NCBI GenBank assembly: GCA_002269645.1
Contig: NIVC01000532.1
Coordinates: forward strand, 467,840-531,839
Direction: 5' to 3'
Origin: Macrostomum lignano
Taxonomy: Eukaryota
Length of the DNA: 64,000 nucleotides
The translations under genes and the position numbers were made by a program. Under the pieces are notes generated by a model. The model had not been told where the DNA came from and searched no databases. It saw nothing but the letters and a program-made list of their open reading frames with translations. The first letter of the stretch is position 1. Every line of letters begins with the position of its first letter. Shown piece by piece: positions 13,137-26,458 of the stretch.

Positions 13137-14850
13137 CTAGCTAGACTTTGCGCGGACGCGTTCGCAGAACAACCGCGAGGGGCAAGTCAAGGCGGACTGG
13201 GGGCTGAGCCCGATGGCCTGCAAGTCAGCCAGAAACGTATCATTTACCGTCACAGATCGGCCTTGGCCACGGCGCAGGCGCTCAGTGGGCTGATGCAGGA
13301 GAGCCTGCGCCAGAGGATTTTGCTCGCCGCGGCCGTGGCTTCTTAGGCAGTGGCCAAGTAACATCTGACGGCGTTTACGGATAGTGCAGCTGAGCGCGGG
13401 AACACCAGCGTGAGTCATCAGGTCCCATCAGGCCCCAGGGCGCATAGCGGAGCAGCGACCTGTAGTGAGCATCCATGGGCTTGCTGTCGCGTCGCAGTCA
13501 TTGGCACAGCCTCCATGCCATATAGGAGAATCGGCTCAACGGAAGTGCGGAAAAGGCGCATCTTTAGGTCGTCGCAAGCGGTTGAATTGAAGACACTCCT
13601 GAGCATGCGTGCCGCACGCCAGGCCTGAGTCCTCCTGTCAGAGACAATGGTGTCGGGGCTCAAGACAAGGGAGCCGAGATAGCGGAAGTCCTCGCACACA
13701 TTGACGACTTCTCCATTTGGAAGAGCTAGCGCAGGGGTAGTTGCAGTGCCCACGTGGAGCACCTCAGTTTTGGATGCGTTGATCACCAAGGCAACTCGGG
13801 TGCCCTCTTCGTAGAGTCTAGACAGAGCCCGTTGGTTGGGCAGCAGCCGGATCGCGAAACAGAAGGGCAATGTCGTCAGCATAGGCGAGAGCAGGCAGCG
13901 AGACGGCGGGATGTCGGGAGGTTCGGCGTGAGACCAGCACATAGCCATCATCTTCACACAGGCATCGGCGAAGAAAATAGTCTACCACAACAATGAAGAG
14001 TAGTGGAGCCAGCGTGTCGCCCTGAAGGACGCCGGAAGTTGTGCTGAATTCTTCAGTGGCGCCGTCGCTCGACTGAACAAACGCTATTGAATCGCTGTAC
14101 AAGTCCATCACAGCAGCTACAAGTTCTTTGGAAGGAACGCCATAGTAGGATAGAATCCATGGGAGTGCAGGTCTGTCAACTGAGTCGAACGCTTTGCGGA
14201 AGTCGACAAAATCAATTGAGATGGAACGCTGGTGCGTCTTAGTTACAGCCTTCGATGATGCAGCGGATGGTTGCAACCTGCTCAGTTGTAGACCTGCCTG
14301 GTCTGAAACCACTTTGCCAGCTGAGAAGCAGCGGATTCAGCCCAGGCGCAAAAGGCGGTTGCGCAGCACAGCATTGAGTAGCTTGGCCGCGGTTCATTCT
14401 AGTGCTATGCCACGCTGATTGTCCAGGCTGGTGGAGGTGCCCGTCTTCGGAATGGATACTATCTTAGAAATGCGCCACTGAGCAGGGGCGTGGGCTTCGG
14501 CGTTGCCTCCAAGAATACAGTGCTTGTTAAGCCAGGCTGGTAATCGCTGGAGTCAGTTCTGAGAGCTTTAAGACCCTTGGTCAAAGTCAACACCGGCAGC
14601 AGCATCTGCTCGCATGGTATTATCGCATGATAGCACGCCAGGCAGCACTATGACGACAGTTGTCGGTCGCAAAGCTGAATTTCTTTCACTGCCTCCTCAA
14701 TAAAAATTTCAACTTGCCGCGCATAGGTTCTTTTTGCAGTGAGTCCCGTGCAGCCTTGACTTCATCGCTTTCATTGCCGAAAATAGCAGCATTGCGCTGC
14801 ACGAGTCGTCTGGCACAGTCGATCTCAGTGTCGGGAGATCAGCGCCAATT
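13137..14850 (-). mobile_element. 5'-truncated, degenerate non-LTR retrotransposon (RTE-like LINE), RT region
   Basis: Minus-strand frames give PAQWRISKIVSIPK, FVDFRKAFDSVDR, GVLQGDTLAPLLF, LAYADD, INASKTE and FRYLGS, broken by stops and frameshifts. Confidence 0.9.
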
Positions 14851-17557
14851 AGGCTGGTTAATATAAAGTAGTTAAATAAATTCCTATAAAGGGTGACTAA
14901 AAATTTTTCCATAACTCCAAATACTCACTATCCATTAAAACTTCGGTAGTACCCGTAACTGAATCACAGTTACTTAAAAATTTTAATTGTTGCTGTGCTG
15001 ATGGAAGCTCCTGTGACTTGACAAAACGTAAATTATTGAACAATGGTAAAAATCTTGGTTCAGGAAATATAAAAAAGATAAGATAAATTAGCAAGTGGTC
15101 TTATTGTTATCTTAAAGAGTATATTACTAAATACCCGAAAGTATTTTTGTTAAACGAGGCAAACAATTTAACTTAACGGAAAGGGTTTAATTCCATGGAT
15201 AATAAAGTATTTTAAAAATTTTCACTTTAAACGTCACTTTTTGCTTTTTATGCCTTGCCCTTTCTTATAATAAATCTGTTTTAGGAGTTTTATGTGTTTG
15301 TGCATGCGGTGTGATGTGATGTTGCAGATTTATATGATGGTGAGAGAGAAGCTAATGACAATATTTACTGTAATAATTAGCTTAACCAAGACAGAGTGAC
15401 AGACAGTCTCAGACTCAAACCCAGAGCGTCAGCCCGGTGTCGAATTTACAAATGTGCTCTACCTCTAAACAATAAAATTGTATTGCTGTATCAAAGCTTT
15501 TATTTTCTTCTACTGTCTAAGCCTAAGGTTATAAATATAGTTATTCTGATGATTTCTAAAATTTTGTCTAGTTATGTGCTGTGCTGATAGGCCTAGACAG
15601 TAGTAGTTTAGGTATATGAGCTAGACTAAGGCCTAGGTAGGCCTATATTTTTTTAGCTAGTGAGCCAGCATTTTAATAAATAGGTTAGGCCTATGAGTAT
15701 AATTGAAATACTCATAAAAATGGGTCAAAAACAAGCCTAAACAATACATAGAAGAGAGGAGGGGCCTAGCCAAAAGCAATTTAGTGTACAACCAAGATGA
15801 GCACAACATTGAATCTCTATTATATCTATTCTCTCTATCATTAATTAGCAACTTAATAGCTATTGTTTTATTATTTTGCATTATTTTGTTTTGATCAATC
15901 ATTATAAATATTGACATAATAATAGACTTAAAATGAATTATCCATAATACAAAAACTTTAATCTTTTTAGTGTTTGTGCCAATTTATTCCCATAGATCCA
16001 TATATATCAAATATATCATTATTAGTTTAATAAGAAAGCATTGCTGATAATAATGCTATGCAAAATGTGATAAATATACAATAAGGTATTTATTTTGTGC
16101 TTGGCTACTTACTTTTTTAGTGGATATACATCTATAGATCAAGCTAGAATAAAAGCTAGGCCAAAAGACAAAAGGAATGATTATAATATAAAATACTTCT
16201 ATTTTAGCATCTATTTTTTTTAAATACTAGGCCTAGGTCCCTTACCAATAGGAAAATGGAAATGAGTGAAATATATAGACCATACATAATATACATATAA
16301 TTTTAAGCTCTCCTAGGATCTTTCCCAAAGACCCAAGACAGTTTTTTTTCAATTTTTGTTAATTTTCAAGGTAAAGGCTTATTACTTACATATGTTAAAA
16401 AGGGTATTTTTTAATTTATGATTACTTTTACTCCTATCTAGTCCTTGACTTAATCAATTGGAATGGCTTTGTTTTTGTCCAAATTGAATTGAATTTAAAC
16501 TTTGAGTAGTCTATAAAATAAAATAGAATAAAAGTAATAAAATTAACAATTGTCATAAAAGTTACTAATTATAACTAACAAACTTCTAAAAATGCTAAGA
16601 ATTATATAAATAATATAATATATATTATAAAAATTAGCAAAATGGTTATATTAATTATTGATCAAGGAAATCTAGGTCATGTGCCAACTGTGCCAAGTTG
16701 CAAGCCTTTTTTCTCCTTTTATTCCAAATGTGCCAAGTGCACTTGAGAAATAACCTTTTATACTAAAAAATCTAGTGAAATCTGTCACCTTACTGATATT
16801 AAGGGTGTGTAACTTATGTATTCTAAGTTTTTTTTACTTAGAATATAGATAATCTCCAAAAATTTATGCTAGTATCTAATATATCTTATGCCACTTTCCT
16901 AACTGGTTAGTTATTGTTTATAAATAAAATTATATAGTATAATAATAGCCAATAGTAACTACTTCACAGTTCAAAATTTGTTAAATGACTATTCAACTCA
17001 AGCTTAGCTCAAAAAATCTACACTGATTGACTGTTTGGAATAGATTCTAGGATGCTAGCATATGAGAGGACCATGCTATACAATTTGCTACCAGGCAATA
17101 ACTTTTACTCTTCTAAGCACATATAAGTATATAAGGTAAATCATGCATCCAGGCATAGTTTATACAGGGGTGTAGTAGCAAATGAATGTAATAGGTATAG
17201 CAAAACTAAAATTAAAAGATAAAAATAAGATTAATAATTACTTCAATAAGAGGCTTGAGTATTATATTTAGATTATGAAGTTTGTAGCCAACTCCAGCTG
17301 ACATCCTGGTCTTTAATTGCCGAAATTGCCAGCATTGCCAGCAAATGACACTGCTATTCTGATGCTTAAACTTTGCTATATTAAGCATATTGTATTATAG
17401 TCGTAGTAAGTGCAATAACAATCTACTAAATATAGCAATCAAGGCTTAGATTAGTTGATTACATATTTGATTATGATTATATCATAATAAGTTTATGCTG
17501 AAACCTGCTTTTGACTATTTTGCATGGCAGTCACATAGTTAATTAGGATGACACGCG

Positions 17558-17686
17558 ATGTCGTTCCGCTTCATAGGCAGTTACCACGTAGCCAGGACTG
17601 AGGCGGCCAGCCGTCAGGAGCCAGCTAATCAGGTCAGGTGTATCGTCATCTTTCTGGACGATACGCACACTTCGTTCGATGTTGAT
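17558..17686 (+). CDS. PTPN4: PTPN3/4 (Ptpmeg) exon 1, FERM N-terminus
   Basis: MSFRFIGSYHVARTE...VRCIVIFLDDTHTSFDVD followed by the donor GTGAG; matches the PTPN4 N-terminus pattern. Confidence 0.85.
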
Positions 17687-18095
17687 GTGAGCACTTATTT
17701 TTAATGTCTTGATTAAGTTAAGTGAATCCTAATTGAAAAGTTCATCCGTAGTCTTTCATACAGATTAAAAATGTACTTATCTTCATCGAAAAGTACTTTT
17801 ATGGATACAAACTCTTAAATTGAAATGTAATTTTTAAACATAATATCGAATATTTATGTTGAAAGTAATTCGATAGTTTTTAGAATATTGGTTATTTAAA
17901 AGTACTTTTATGAATTCTAAGTCTAGATTGAATGTACTTTAACAGTACCTGAAGTCTTGATAAAATGTACTTTTGGTAGCGTGAAGTCTAAATTCGAAAG
18001 TCACTTTTTGTAATCTTGATGTAATTAAACGCCCAGAAATATGGATTATTATTATTTATCATATGCTATATTGAACCTCTGCAAAATGCTTTCAG

Positions 18096-18200
18096 AGAAA
18101 ATGCAAAGGCCAAGCTTTATTGGACTCCGTATTCGAATATCTGGAATTGCTTGAACGCGACTATTTTGGCTTAGAGTTTCAGGATGAACCAAATTCTAAG
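18096..18200 (+). CDS. PTPN4: PTPN3/4 exon 2 (FERM)
   Basis: TTCAG|RKCKGQALLDSVFEYLELLERDYFGLEFQDEPNSK|GTGAG. Confidence 0.92.
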
Positions 18201-18294
18201 GTGAGGTGGCTTTTTGCTCATCTTTTAAAAGCTTATATCTCAAGCTTTTCAATATTATTTAGAATTATTTATCTTATTGTTCCACTTTTTACAG

Positions 18295-18340
18295 CACTGG
18301 TTGGACCCGACCAAGCCGCTGCGAAAGCAGTTGAAACATG
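18295..18340 (+). CDS. PTPN4: PTPN3/4 exon 3 (FERM)
   Basis: ACAG|HWLDPTKPLRKQLKHG|GTGCG; the WLDP motif is typical of FERM domains. Confidence 0.9.
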
Positions 18341-18454
18341 GTGCGTTTGTATTTTGATTTTTTTTGTACTTTTGCGTGATGGGATCTATCGGCATTCTGC
18401 ATTCAGCTGGGGTGAATTCAAATCCACTATGATATCCCAAATAGGGATCAATGC

Positions 18455-20212
18455 AAATCCCCAGTTGGGATCAGGGATCACTGAAAATCCCAAGTCGGGA
18501 TCAGGGATCAGTAAGAATTCCCAGTTGGGATCAGGGATCAGTAAGAATCCCCAGTTGGGATCAGGGATCAGTAAGAATTCCCAGTTGGGATCAGGGATCA
18601 GTAAGAATACCCAGTTGGGATCAGGGATCAGTAAGAATCCCCAGTTGGGATCAGGGATCAGTAAGAATCCCCAGTTGGGATCAGGGATCAGTAAGAATTC
18701 CCAGTTGGGATCAGGGATCAGTAAGAATACCCAGTTGGGATCAGGGATCAGTAAGAATCCCCAGTTGGGATCAGGGATCAGTAAGAATTCCCAGTTGGGA
18801 TCAGGGATCAGTAAGAATCCCCAGTTGGGATCAGGGATCAGTAAGAATTCCCAGTTGGGATCAGGGATCAGTAAGAATACCCAGTTGGGATCAGGGATCA
18901 GTAAGAATCCCCAGTTGGGATCAGGGATCAGTAAGAATTCCCAGTTGGGATCAGGGATCAGTAAGAATCCCCAGTTGGGATCAGGGATCAGTAAGAATTC
19001 CCAGTTGGGATCAGGGATCAGTAAGAATACCCAGTTGGGATCAGGGATCAGTAAGAATCCCCAGTTGGGATCAGGGATCAGTAAGAATTCCCAGTTGGGA
19101 TCAGGGATCAGTGAGAATCCCCTGTTGGGATCAGGGATCGATGAGAATCCCCTGTTGGGATCAGGGATCAGTAAAAATCCCCAGTTGGGATCAGATTCAG
19201 TAAGAATTCCCAGTTGGGATCAGGGATCGATGAGAATCCCCTGTTGGGATCAGGGATCAGTAAGAATTCCCAGTTGGGATCAGGGATCAGTAAGAATCCC
19301 CAGTTGGGATCAGGGATCAGTAAGAATTCCCAGTTGGGATCAGGGATCGATGAGAATCCCCTGTTGGGATCAGGGATCGATGAGAATCCCCTGTTGGGAT
19401 CAGGGATCGATGAGAATCCCCTGTTGGGATCAGGGATCGATGAGAATCCCCTGTTGGGATCAGGGATCGATGAGAATCCCCTGTTGGGATCAGGGATCAG
19501 TAAGAATTCCCAGTTGGGATCAGGGATCAGTAAGAATCCCCAGTTGGGATCAGGGATCAGTAAGAATCCCCAGTTGGGATCAGGGATCAGTAAGAATTCC
19601 CAGTTGGGATCAGGGATCAGTAAGAATCCCCAGTTGGGATCAGGGATCAGTAAGAATCCCCAGTTGGGATCAGGGATCAGTAAGAATTCCCAGTTGGGAT
19701 CAGGGATCAGTAAGAATTCCCAGTTGGGATCAGGGATCAGTGAGAATCCCCTGTTGGGATCAGGGATCGATGAGAATCCCCTGTTGGGATCAGGGATCAG
19801 TAAAAATCCCCAGTTGGGATCAGATTCAGTAAGAATTCCCAGTTGGGATCAGGGATCGATGAGAATCCCCTGTTGGGATCAGGGATCAGTAAGAATTCCC
19901 AGTTGGGATCAGGGATCAGTAAGAATCCCCAGTTGGGATCAGGGATCAGTAAGAATTCCCAGTTGGGATCAGGGATCGATGAGAATCCCCTGTTGGGATC
20001 AGGGATCAGTAAGAATTCCCAGTTGGGATCAGGGATCAGTAAGAATCCCCAGTTGGGATCAGGGATCAGTAAGAATCCCCAGTTGGGATCAGGGATCAGT
20101 AAGAATTCCCAGTTGGGATCAGGGATCGATGAGAATCCCCTGTTGGGATCAGGGATCAGTAAAAATCCCCAATTGGGATCAGGGATCAGTAAGAATTCCC
20201 CAGTTGGGATCA
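18455..20212. repeat. 30-bp minisatellite GGGATCAGGGATCAGTAAGAAT(T/C)CCCAGTT in intron 3
   Basis: About 58 copies with variant units; source of the GSGISKN/WDQGS ORFs. Confidence 0.97.
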
Positions 20213-20245
20213 GTCACAACTAACTAAATCCCATTGACATTGCAG

Positions 20246-20542
20246 TGCCGCCGCCCTACAACTTTCACTTCGGCGTGAAGTTCTACGCCTCGGACCCGTC
20301 GCGCTTACAGGAGGAGTACACTCGCTATCATTTTTTCCTACAGTTGAAAAAGGACCTACTCTCGGTCGGTTGCTATGCCCCTACGATACGGCCGTACTGC
20401 TAGCCAGCTACGCTCTGCAGTCAGAATTAGGCGATTACAATGCCGAGCAGCACAGAGATGGTTACGTTGGCGATTTTAGATTCTTGCCCAATCAGACGCC
20501 TGCGTTTGAGAAAGATGTAGCCCTGTTGCATCAGAAGCACAG
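20246..20542 (+). CDS. PTPN4: PTPN3/4 exon 4 (FERM), with an apparent 1-nt deletion near 20365
   Basis: [30 protein letters not shown] is followed, after a frame change, by [24 protein letters not shown]...HQKHR; donor AG|GTAAAG. Confidence 0.9.
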
Positions 20543-20779
20543 GTAAAGAGTGATGAATTTCAGCATTTTTGTATTGTAAATCAGAACTGTCATGCTCGAA
20601 GCTGCTTCAACTTGTTTAAATAATATTTTTATAGTTGCTGCAGTCAAAACGTGACTAGATAAATCGAATTATTTGTAAATTGAATAATCGTAATTGCCAT
20701 GTGAAAGAAATGGCTTTTCAAAGTTCGCATAATAATTCTACAATTCTATGTTTATTTCTAATTCCCGTTTCATCAATAT

Positions 20780-21105
20780 TCTGATCCCCATTTCTTAATT
20801 CTTATCCACATATCCCGATTCTGATCCCCGTTTCCTGATTCTGCTCCCCATTTCCCGATTCTGATCCCCATATCCAAATTCTGATCCCCATATCCTGATT
20901 CTAATCCCCATTTCCCGATTCTGATCCCCATTTCCCGATTCTAATCCCCACTTCCCGACTCTGATCCCCATTTCCGATTCTGATCCCTATTCCCGATTCT
21001 GATCCCCACTCCCGATTCTGATCCTTATCTCAGAATTCTGATCCCCAATTCCTTGATTCGGATCTCCATTTCCAGACTCTGATCCCCATTTCTAGACTCA
21101 AATCC
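20780..21105. repeat. Degenerate 20-bp minisatellite CTGATCCCCATTTCCCGATT
   Basis: Direct inspection. Confidence 0.88.
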
Positions 21106-21396
21106 GAAATGCCATTCTTTAATTTTTTGTCATGTTCGAAGCTGCTGCAAAATCCTTTGCCATCAAAGGCATAGCATAAGTGCTTGCAGCAGTCATAACG
21201 TGACTATATTAAGTTCTAATAAACAGGATTTTATAACCACAATTTATCGCATGAATTTTCTCCATGGATATAAAAAAATCAGTATGGTTATAATATTCTA
21301 CAGAAAACGCTGTCATTTTTATTAAAAGTAGTATAATCAAAACTATATTAGACATTAAATTTAAACCGTCTTTCACCAAAAAATATAATTTTACAG

Positions 21397-21484
21397 AAGC
21401 CTCACGCCAGCTTGTGCCGAGTTGAGCTTCCTACACACCGCCAGGCAGTTGGAGCACTACGGCTGCTTCCTGTTTCCTGTCACT
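21397..21484 (+). CDS. PTPN4: PTPN3/4 exon 5 (FERM)
   Basis: TACAG|SLTPACAELSFLHTARQLEHYGCFLFPVT|GTGAG; splice phases are consistent. Confidence 0.9.
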
Positions 21485-21534
21485 GTGAGTTTCATTCTGT
21501 CATGACCCCTATATATCGGTTCTGTTCTCCATGT

Positions 21535-23300
21535 TCTGATCCTCATCTCAGTGCTCTGATCCCCATCTCAGTGTTCTGATCCTCATCTCAGTGCTCTGAT
21601 CCCCATCTCAGTTTTCTGATCCCCATCTCAGTGTTCTGATCCATATCTCAGTGTTCTGATCCCCACTTCAGTGTTCTGATCTCCATCTCAGTGCTCTGAT
21701 CCCCATCTCAGTGTTCTGATCCCATCTCAGTGCTCTGATCCCCATCTCAGTGTTCTGCTCCCCATCTCAGTGTTCTGATCCCCATCTCAGTGTTCTGATC
21801 CCCATCTCAGTGTTCTTATCCCATCTCAGTGCTCTGATCCTCATCTCAGTGCTCTGATCCCAGTGGTGTGATTCAGGCGCGAATTCGCGCCAGGCGCGAA
21901 AATGGCGCGAATGCGCGAATCCTGGGGGTCTGGCGCGAAATTTTGTGGAACCATGGGCGCGAAAATTGCATTCTTATTTTCTGCTTTTTACACTTATTCT
22001 CTTGTCAGACAGTATGAAATACAAGAATGTCATAGCTTAGGAGATTAATCTCGAGAATTTCGAGATTCGTGGAGAATTTCGTGGTCGCAAAGAAGCAAAG
22101 TGACACTGAAGATGTGGCTGCTACGTCTGCAAGGGCGGCAGAGATCAGATGTGTGTGTTGTCAGGATTGCACTGAAGAATCGCAGCTTCGAATCAGAAGA
22201 GGACCTTTGCCGAGGATCTGATGGCCATTTGCCCAGATTCAAAGATTCCACCCAACATCGCCAACAAGAAGTTCAGGCGGGACACGGCTGGGACTTGAGA
22301 GACATGCTAATTGGTAGCCAGACGCATCTTCAAAAGTGTCATCAATTGACTTATTTGGCTGTCAGTAGAATATCATTGGCATGGCGCGAAAATTTTCAGT
22401 CGGCGCGAAATTTGGCAAACTTTCCAATCACACCACTGTCTGATCCTCATCTCAGTGCTCTGATCCTCATCTCAGTGCTCTGATCCTCATCTCAGTGTTC
22501 AGATCCCCATCTCAGTGCTCTGATCCCCATCTCAGTGCCCCATCTCAGTGTTCTGATCCCCATCTCAGTGCTCTAATCTCCATCTCAGTGTTCTGATCCC
22601 CATCTCAGTGTTCTGATCCCCATCTCAGTGTTCTGATCTCCATCTCAGTGCTCTGATCCCCACTTCAGTGTTCTGATCCCCATCTCAGTGCTCTGATCCC
22701 CATCTCAGTGCTCTGATCCCCACCTCAGTGTTCTGATCCCCATCTCAGTGCCCCATCTCAGTGTTCTGATCCCCATCTCAGTGCCCCATCTCAGTGTTCT
22801 GATCCCCATCTCAGTGCTCTAATCTCCATCTCAGTGCTCTGATCCTCATCTCAGTGCTCTGATCCCCATCTCAGTGCTCTGATCCCCATCTCAGTGCTCT
22901 GATCCTCATCTCAGTGCTCTGATCCCCATCTCAGTGCTCTGATCCCCATCTCAGTGCTCTGATCCTCATCTCAGTGCTCTGATCCCCACTTCAGTGTTCT
23001 GATCCCCATCTCAGTGCTCTGATCCCCATCTCAGTGCTCTGATCCCCACCTCAGTGTTCTGATCCCCATCTCAGTGCCCCATCTCAGTGTTCTGATCCCC
23101 ATCTCAGTGCCCCATCTCAGTGTTCTGATCCCCATCTCAGTGCTCTAATCTCCATCTCAGTGCTCTGATCCTCATCTCAGTGCTCTGATCCCCATCTCAG
23201 TGCTCTGATCCCCATCTCAGTGCTCTGATCCTCATCTCAGTGCTCTGATCCTCATCTCAGTGCTCTGATCCTCATCTCAGTGCTCTGATCCCCATCTCAG
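21535..23300. repeat. 20-bp minisatellite TCTGATCCCCATCTCAGTG(C/T), interrupted by a MITE
   Basis: Direct inspection. Confidence 0.95.
21861..22438. mobile_element. Non-autonomous hAT-type element (MITE), 578 bp
   Basis: Perfect 13-bp TIR CAGTGGTGTGATT/AATCACACCACTG; 8-bp TSD TCTGATCC at 21853-21860 and 22439-22446; subterminal GGCGCGAA repeats. Confidence 0.88.
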
Positions 23301-23392
23301 CATTCTGCTCTCTTAACTTAGTCCTTGCCGAAAAAAACTGGGATTTGCTAACAATTTCCTAATCCTCCCCCGTCGCCATGGCAACGCCGCAG

Positions 23393-24256
23393 GACGCCGA
23401 GAAGACGGAGATGCAAGTAGGCGTAAACGCCTCCGGCGTGGCTGTGTTCCGCGGGCCGCAACGCCTTCACTTGTACTCTTGGCTCAGCCTATTGAAAATC
23501 AGTTTCAAACGGAAGAATTTCCTGCTATCAGTTCGAGACTCTACCGGAGCGACCCAGACTCTGACTTTCAGCCTGGCGAGCAGCCGGGCATGCAAGTGGC
23601 TTTGGCAAACCTGCGTAGAGCATCACGCATTCTTTCGATTGCACCGGCCGCCGCCGCCGCAACAATCCGGCGCCATCATGGGCCTTGTTGGCGGCTCAAA
23701 ATTTCGCTACTCCGGTCGAACCGAGCATCAAGCTGCCGAAGAATTGAAACGCCGGCCTAGGCTAGAGCGGTCCTTCACTAGGACGCCTTCGTCCAGGAGA
23801 ACTCTGCAGAGGCCGCCTGGCTATCATTCTAGAACAGCGTCCAATGGTCGGCTAATTAATGACGACGGCGCCAGCACCAGCGACGGCGGCTTTCTGCCGT
23901 CTAGGAGTGCCTATTCTTATGCGACTATGCCGAGGAACAGAGGCGGCGGCGCCTCTGGCGGTGGAGGAGCCGCGATAGCGTTGAAATCTCAGCCTCCGCC
24001 TCATCAGCAGCATCGTCCCGGATTTCGATCGTCGGCTAGACAATTATCCACGTCTGTGGCGGCGGCCGCGGCGGCGCCGGCTTCGGCGGCTGTACAACCG
24101 CCTTCATTTAGCAGGCAGGGCAGCCTGATGCAGCAGCCGCAGGCGGCTCTGGGCCAGCACAGGTCCAGCGTTAGCACGGCCGCTGGCGTCAGCAGCAGCG
24201 CCGGCCCCGCTTCCATCACGTTTGGCCGTTCGGCCGCTTCGTCCATTGCTAAGGAG
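23393..24256 (+). CDS. PTPN4: PTPN3/4 exon 6 (FERM-C, FERM-adjacent region, linker)
   Basis: CAG|DAEKTEMQVGVNASG...KISFKRK...CKWLWQTCVEHHAFFRL...GSKFRYSGRTE...AKE|GTGAG. Confidence 0.93.
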
Positions 24257-24280
24257 GTGAGCAGCTGCTGCATTAGGTCT

Positions 24281-24347
24281 GATTGATGATTGATTGATTG
24301 ATTGATTGATTGATTAATTGATTGACTTTTTGATTGATTGATTGGTG

Positions 24348-24416
<69 letters not shown>

Positions 24417-24758
24417 GGGGATTGATTGACTTCTTGATTGATTGATTAATAATTGATTGACTTCTTAGTTGATTCATTGATTCGTGGATTGATTGACTTT
24501 TTGATTGATTGATTGATTGATTGATTCATGGATTGATTAATTGATTGACTTCTTAGTTGATTCATCGATTCGTGGATTGATTGACTTTTTGATTGATTGA
24601 TTGACTTTTTGATTGATTGATTGATTGATTGATTAATTGATTGATTGATTGATTAATTTATTGATTGATTGATTGATTGGGGGATTGATTGACTTCTTGA
24701 TTGATTGATTAATTGATTGACTTCTTAGTTGATTCATTGATTCGTGGATTAATTGACT

Positions 24759-24804
<46 letters not shown>

Positions 24805-24964
24805 CTTCGCGATTGATTGACTTCTTGTTTTATTGATTAATTGATTGACTTCATGATTAATTGATTAATTAATTGACTTCTGGATTGACTGATTATTTGA
24901 CTTCTTGATTGATTGATTAGTGGATTGATTGACTTCTTGATTGATTAGTGGATTGATTGACTTC

Positions 24965-25000
<36 letters not shown>

Positions 25001-25206
25001 CTTCTTGATTGATTGATTAATTGATTGACTTCTTGATTGATCGATAAATTCACTTCTTGGTTGATTGATTGATTTATTAATTGATTGATTGATTGATTGA
25101 TTAATTTATTGATTGATTAATTGATTGGGGGATTGATTGACTTCTTGATTGATTGATTAATTGATTGACTTCTTAGTTGATTCATTGATTCGTGGATTGA
25201 TTGACT

Positions 25207-25268
<62 letters not shown>

Positions 25269-25400
25269 CTTCGCGATTGATTGACTTCTTGTTTTATTGA
25301 TTAATTGATTGACTTCATGATTAATTGATTAATTAATTGACTTCTGGATTGACTGATTATTTGACTTCTTGATTGATTGATTAGTGGATTGATTGACTTC

Positions 25401-25432
<32 letters not shown>

Positions 25433-25510
25433 CTTCTTGATTGATTGATTAATTGATTGACTTCTTGATTGATCGATAAATTCACTTCTTGACTGATTGA
25501 TTGATTAATT
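24281..25510. repeat. Complex (GATT)n microsatellite
   Basis: Direct inspection; includes internal higher-order duplication. Confidence 0.96.
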
Positions 25511-26004
25511 GATTCCGATTTGAGTATCAACTGCGAAATCCTTTAAAAGCATTTATTTACAGTCCATGCTCACGACAATTTCCAAATATGGCCTTCGCCA
25601 ATCAGAGCAGGGCGCCAATCTTTTTCCGCAAGATTCCAGCGATTCCGGAAAAATTCTAATTTTGTCAATTGTCGATTAGGGCTTTTTCGTTAACTAATTT
25701 TTTTCTTTCAGTCCGTCTCCCCCTGACCCACGGCTTTCACATTTGCCATATTTGAAAATGATTTTGCCTATTCCTTTTCAGCTCCTCCTCTCTCTTTTTG
25801 TCGCCCTCCGGGCTTTCTTTGATCCTTTGCCTGCGCTGCACTAAGTCCCCGTAATTATAAGAGGAGACTCGAATCCTGCGCGTGTGTGATTTTCTCTGCA
25901 AACACACCTGTCGAGCAGCTGTCTGGTTATGCTGCTGGCTAGTTCCGTGGCTACAGTAGGGGTCTGTCAGCTTTTTTGCTCGCTTGCTGTGCAGCATAGA
26001 GACA

Positions 26005-26006
26005 CG

Positions 26007-26050
<44 letters not shown>

Positions 26051-26101
26051 CTATGACAGACGGAAAAACAGACAGATGGACAGGCAGACAGACAGACACG
26101 C

Positions 26102-26160
<59 letters not shown>

Positions 26161-26323
26161 TCGACAGACAGACAGACAGACCGACAAACAGGCAGACAGA
26201 GACTGACAGACAGACAGACACTCAGACAGACAGACAGACAAACAGGCAGACAGACAGACAGACACTATGACTGACGGAAAAACAGACAGATAGACAGGCA
26301 GACAGACAGACAGACAGACACGC

Positions 26324-26358
<35 letters not shown>

Positions 26359-26417
26359 TCGACAGACAGACAGACCGACAAACAGGCAGACAGAGACTGA
26401 CAGACAGACAGACACTC

Positions 26418-26458
<41 letters not shown>

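Noticed and set aside
25563-25852. Possible extra phosphatase exons (TCCATGCTC... and ...CTGCACTAA) in intron 6
   Set aside because: No convincing donor, frames run into stops, and exon 6 joins exon 7 in phase without them. An alternative terminal exon cannot be excluded without RNA data.
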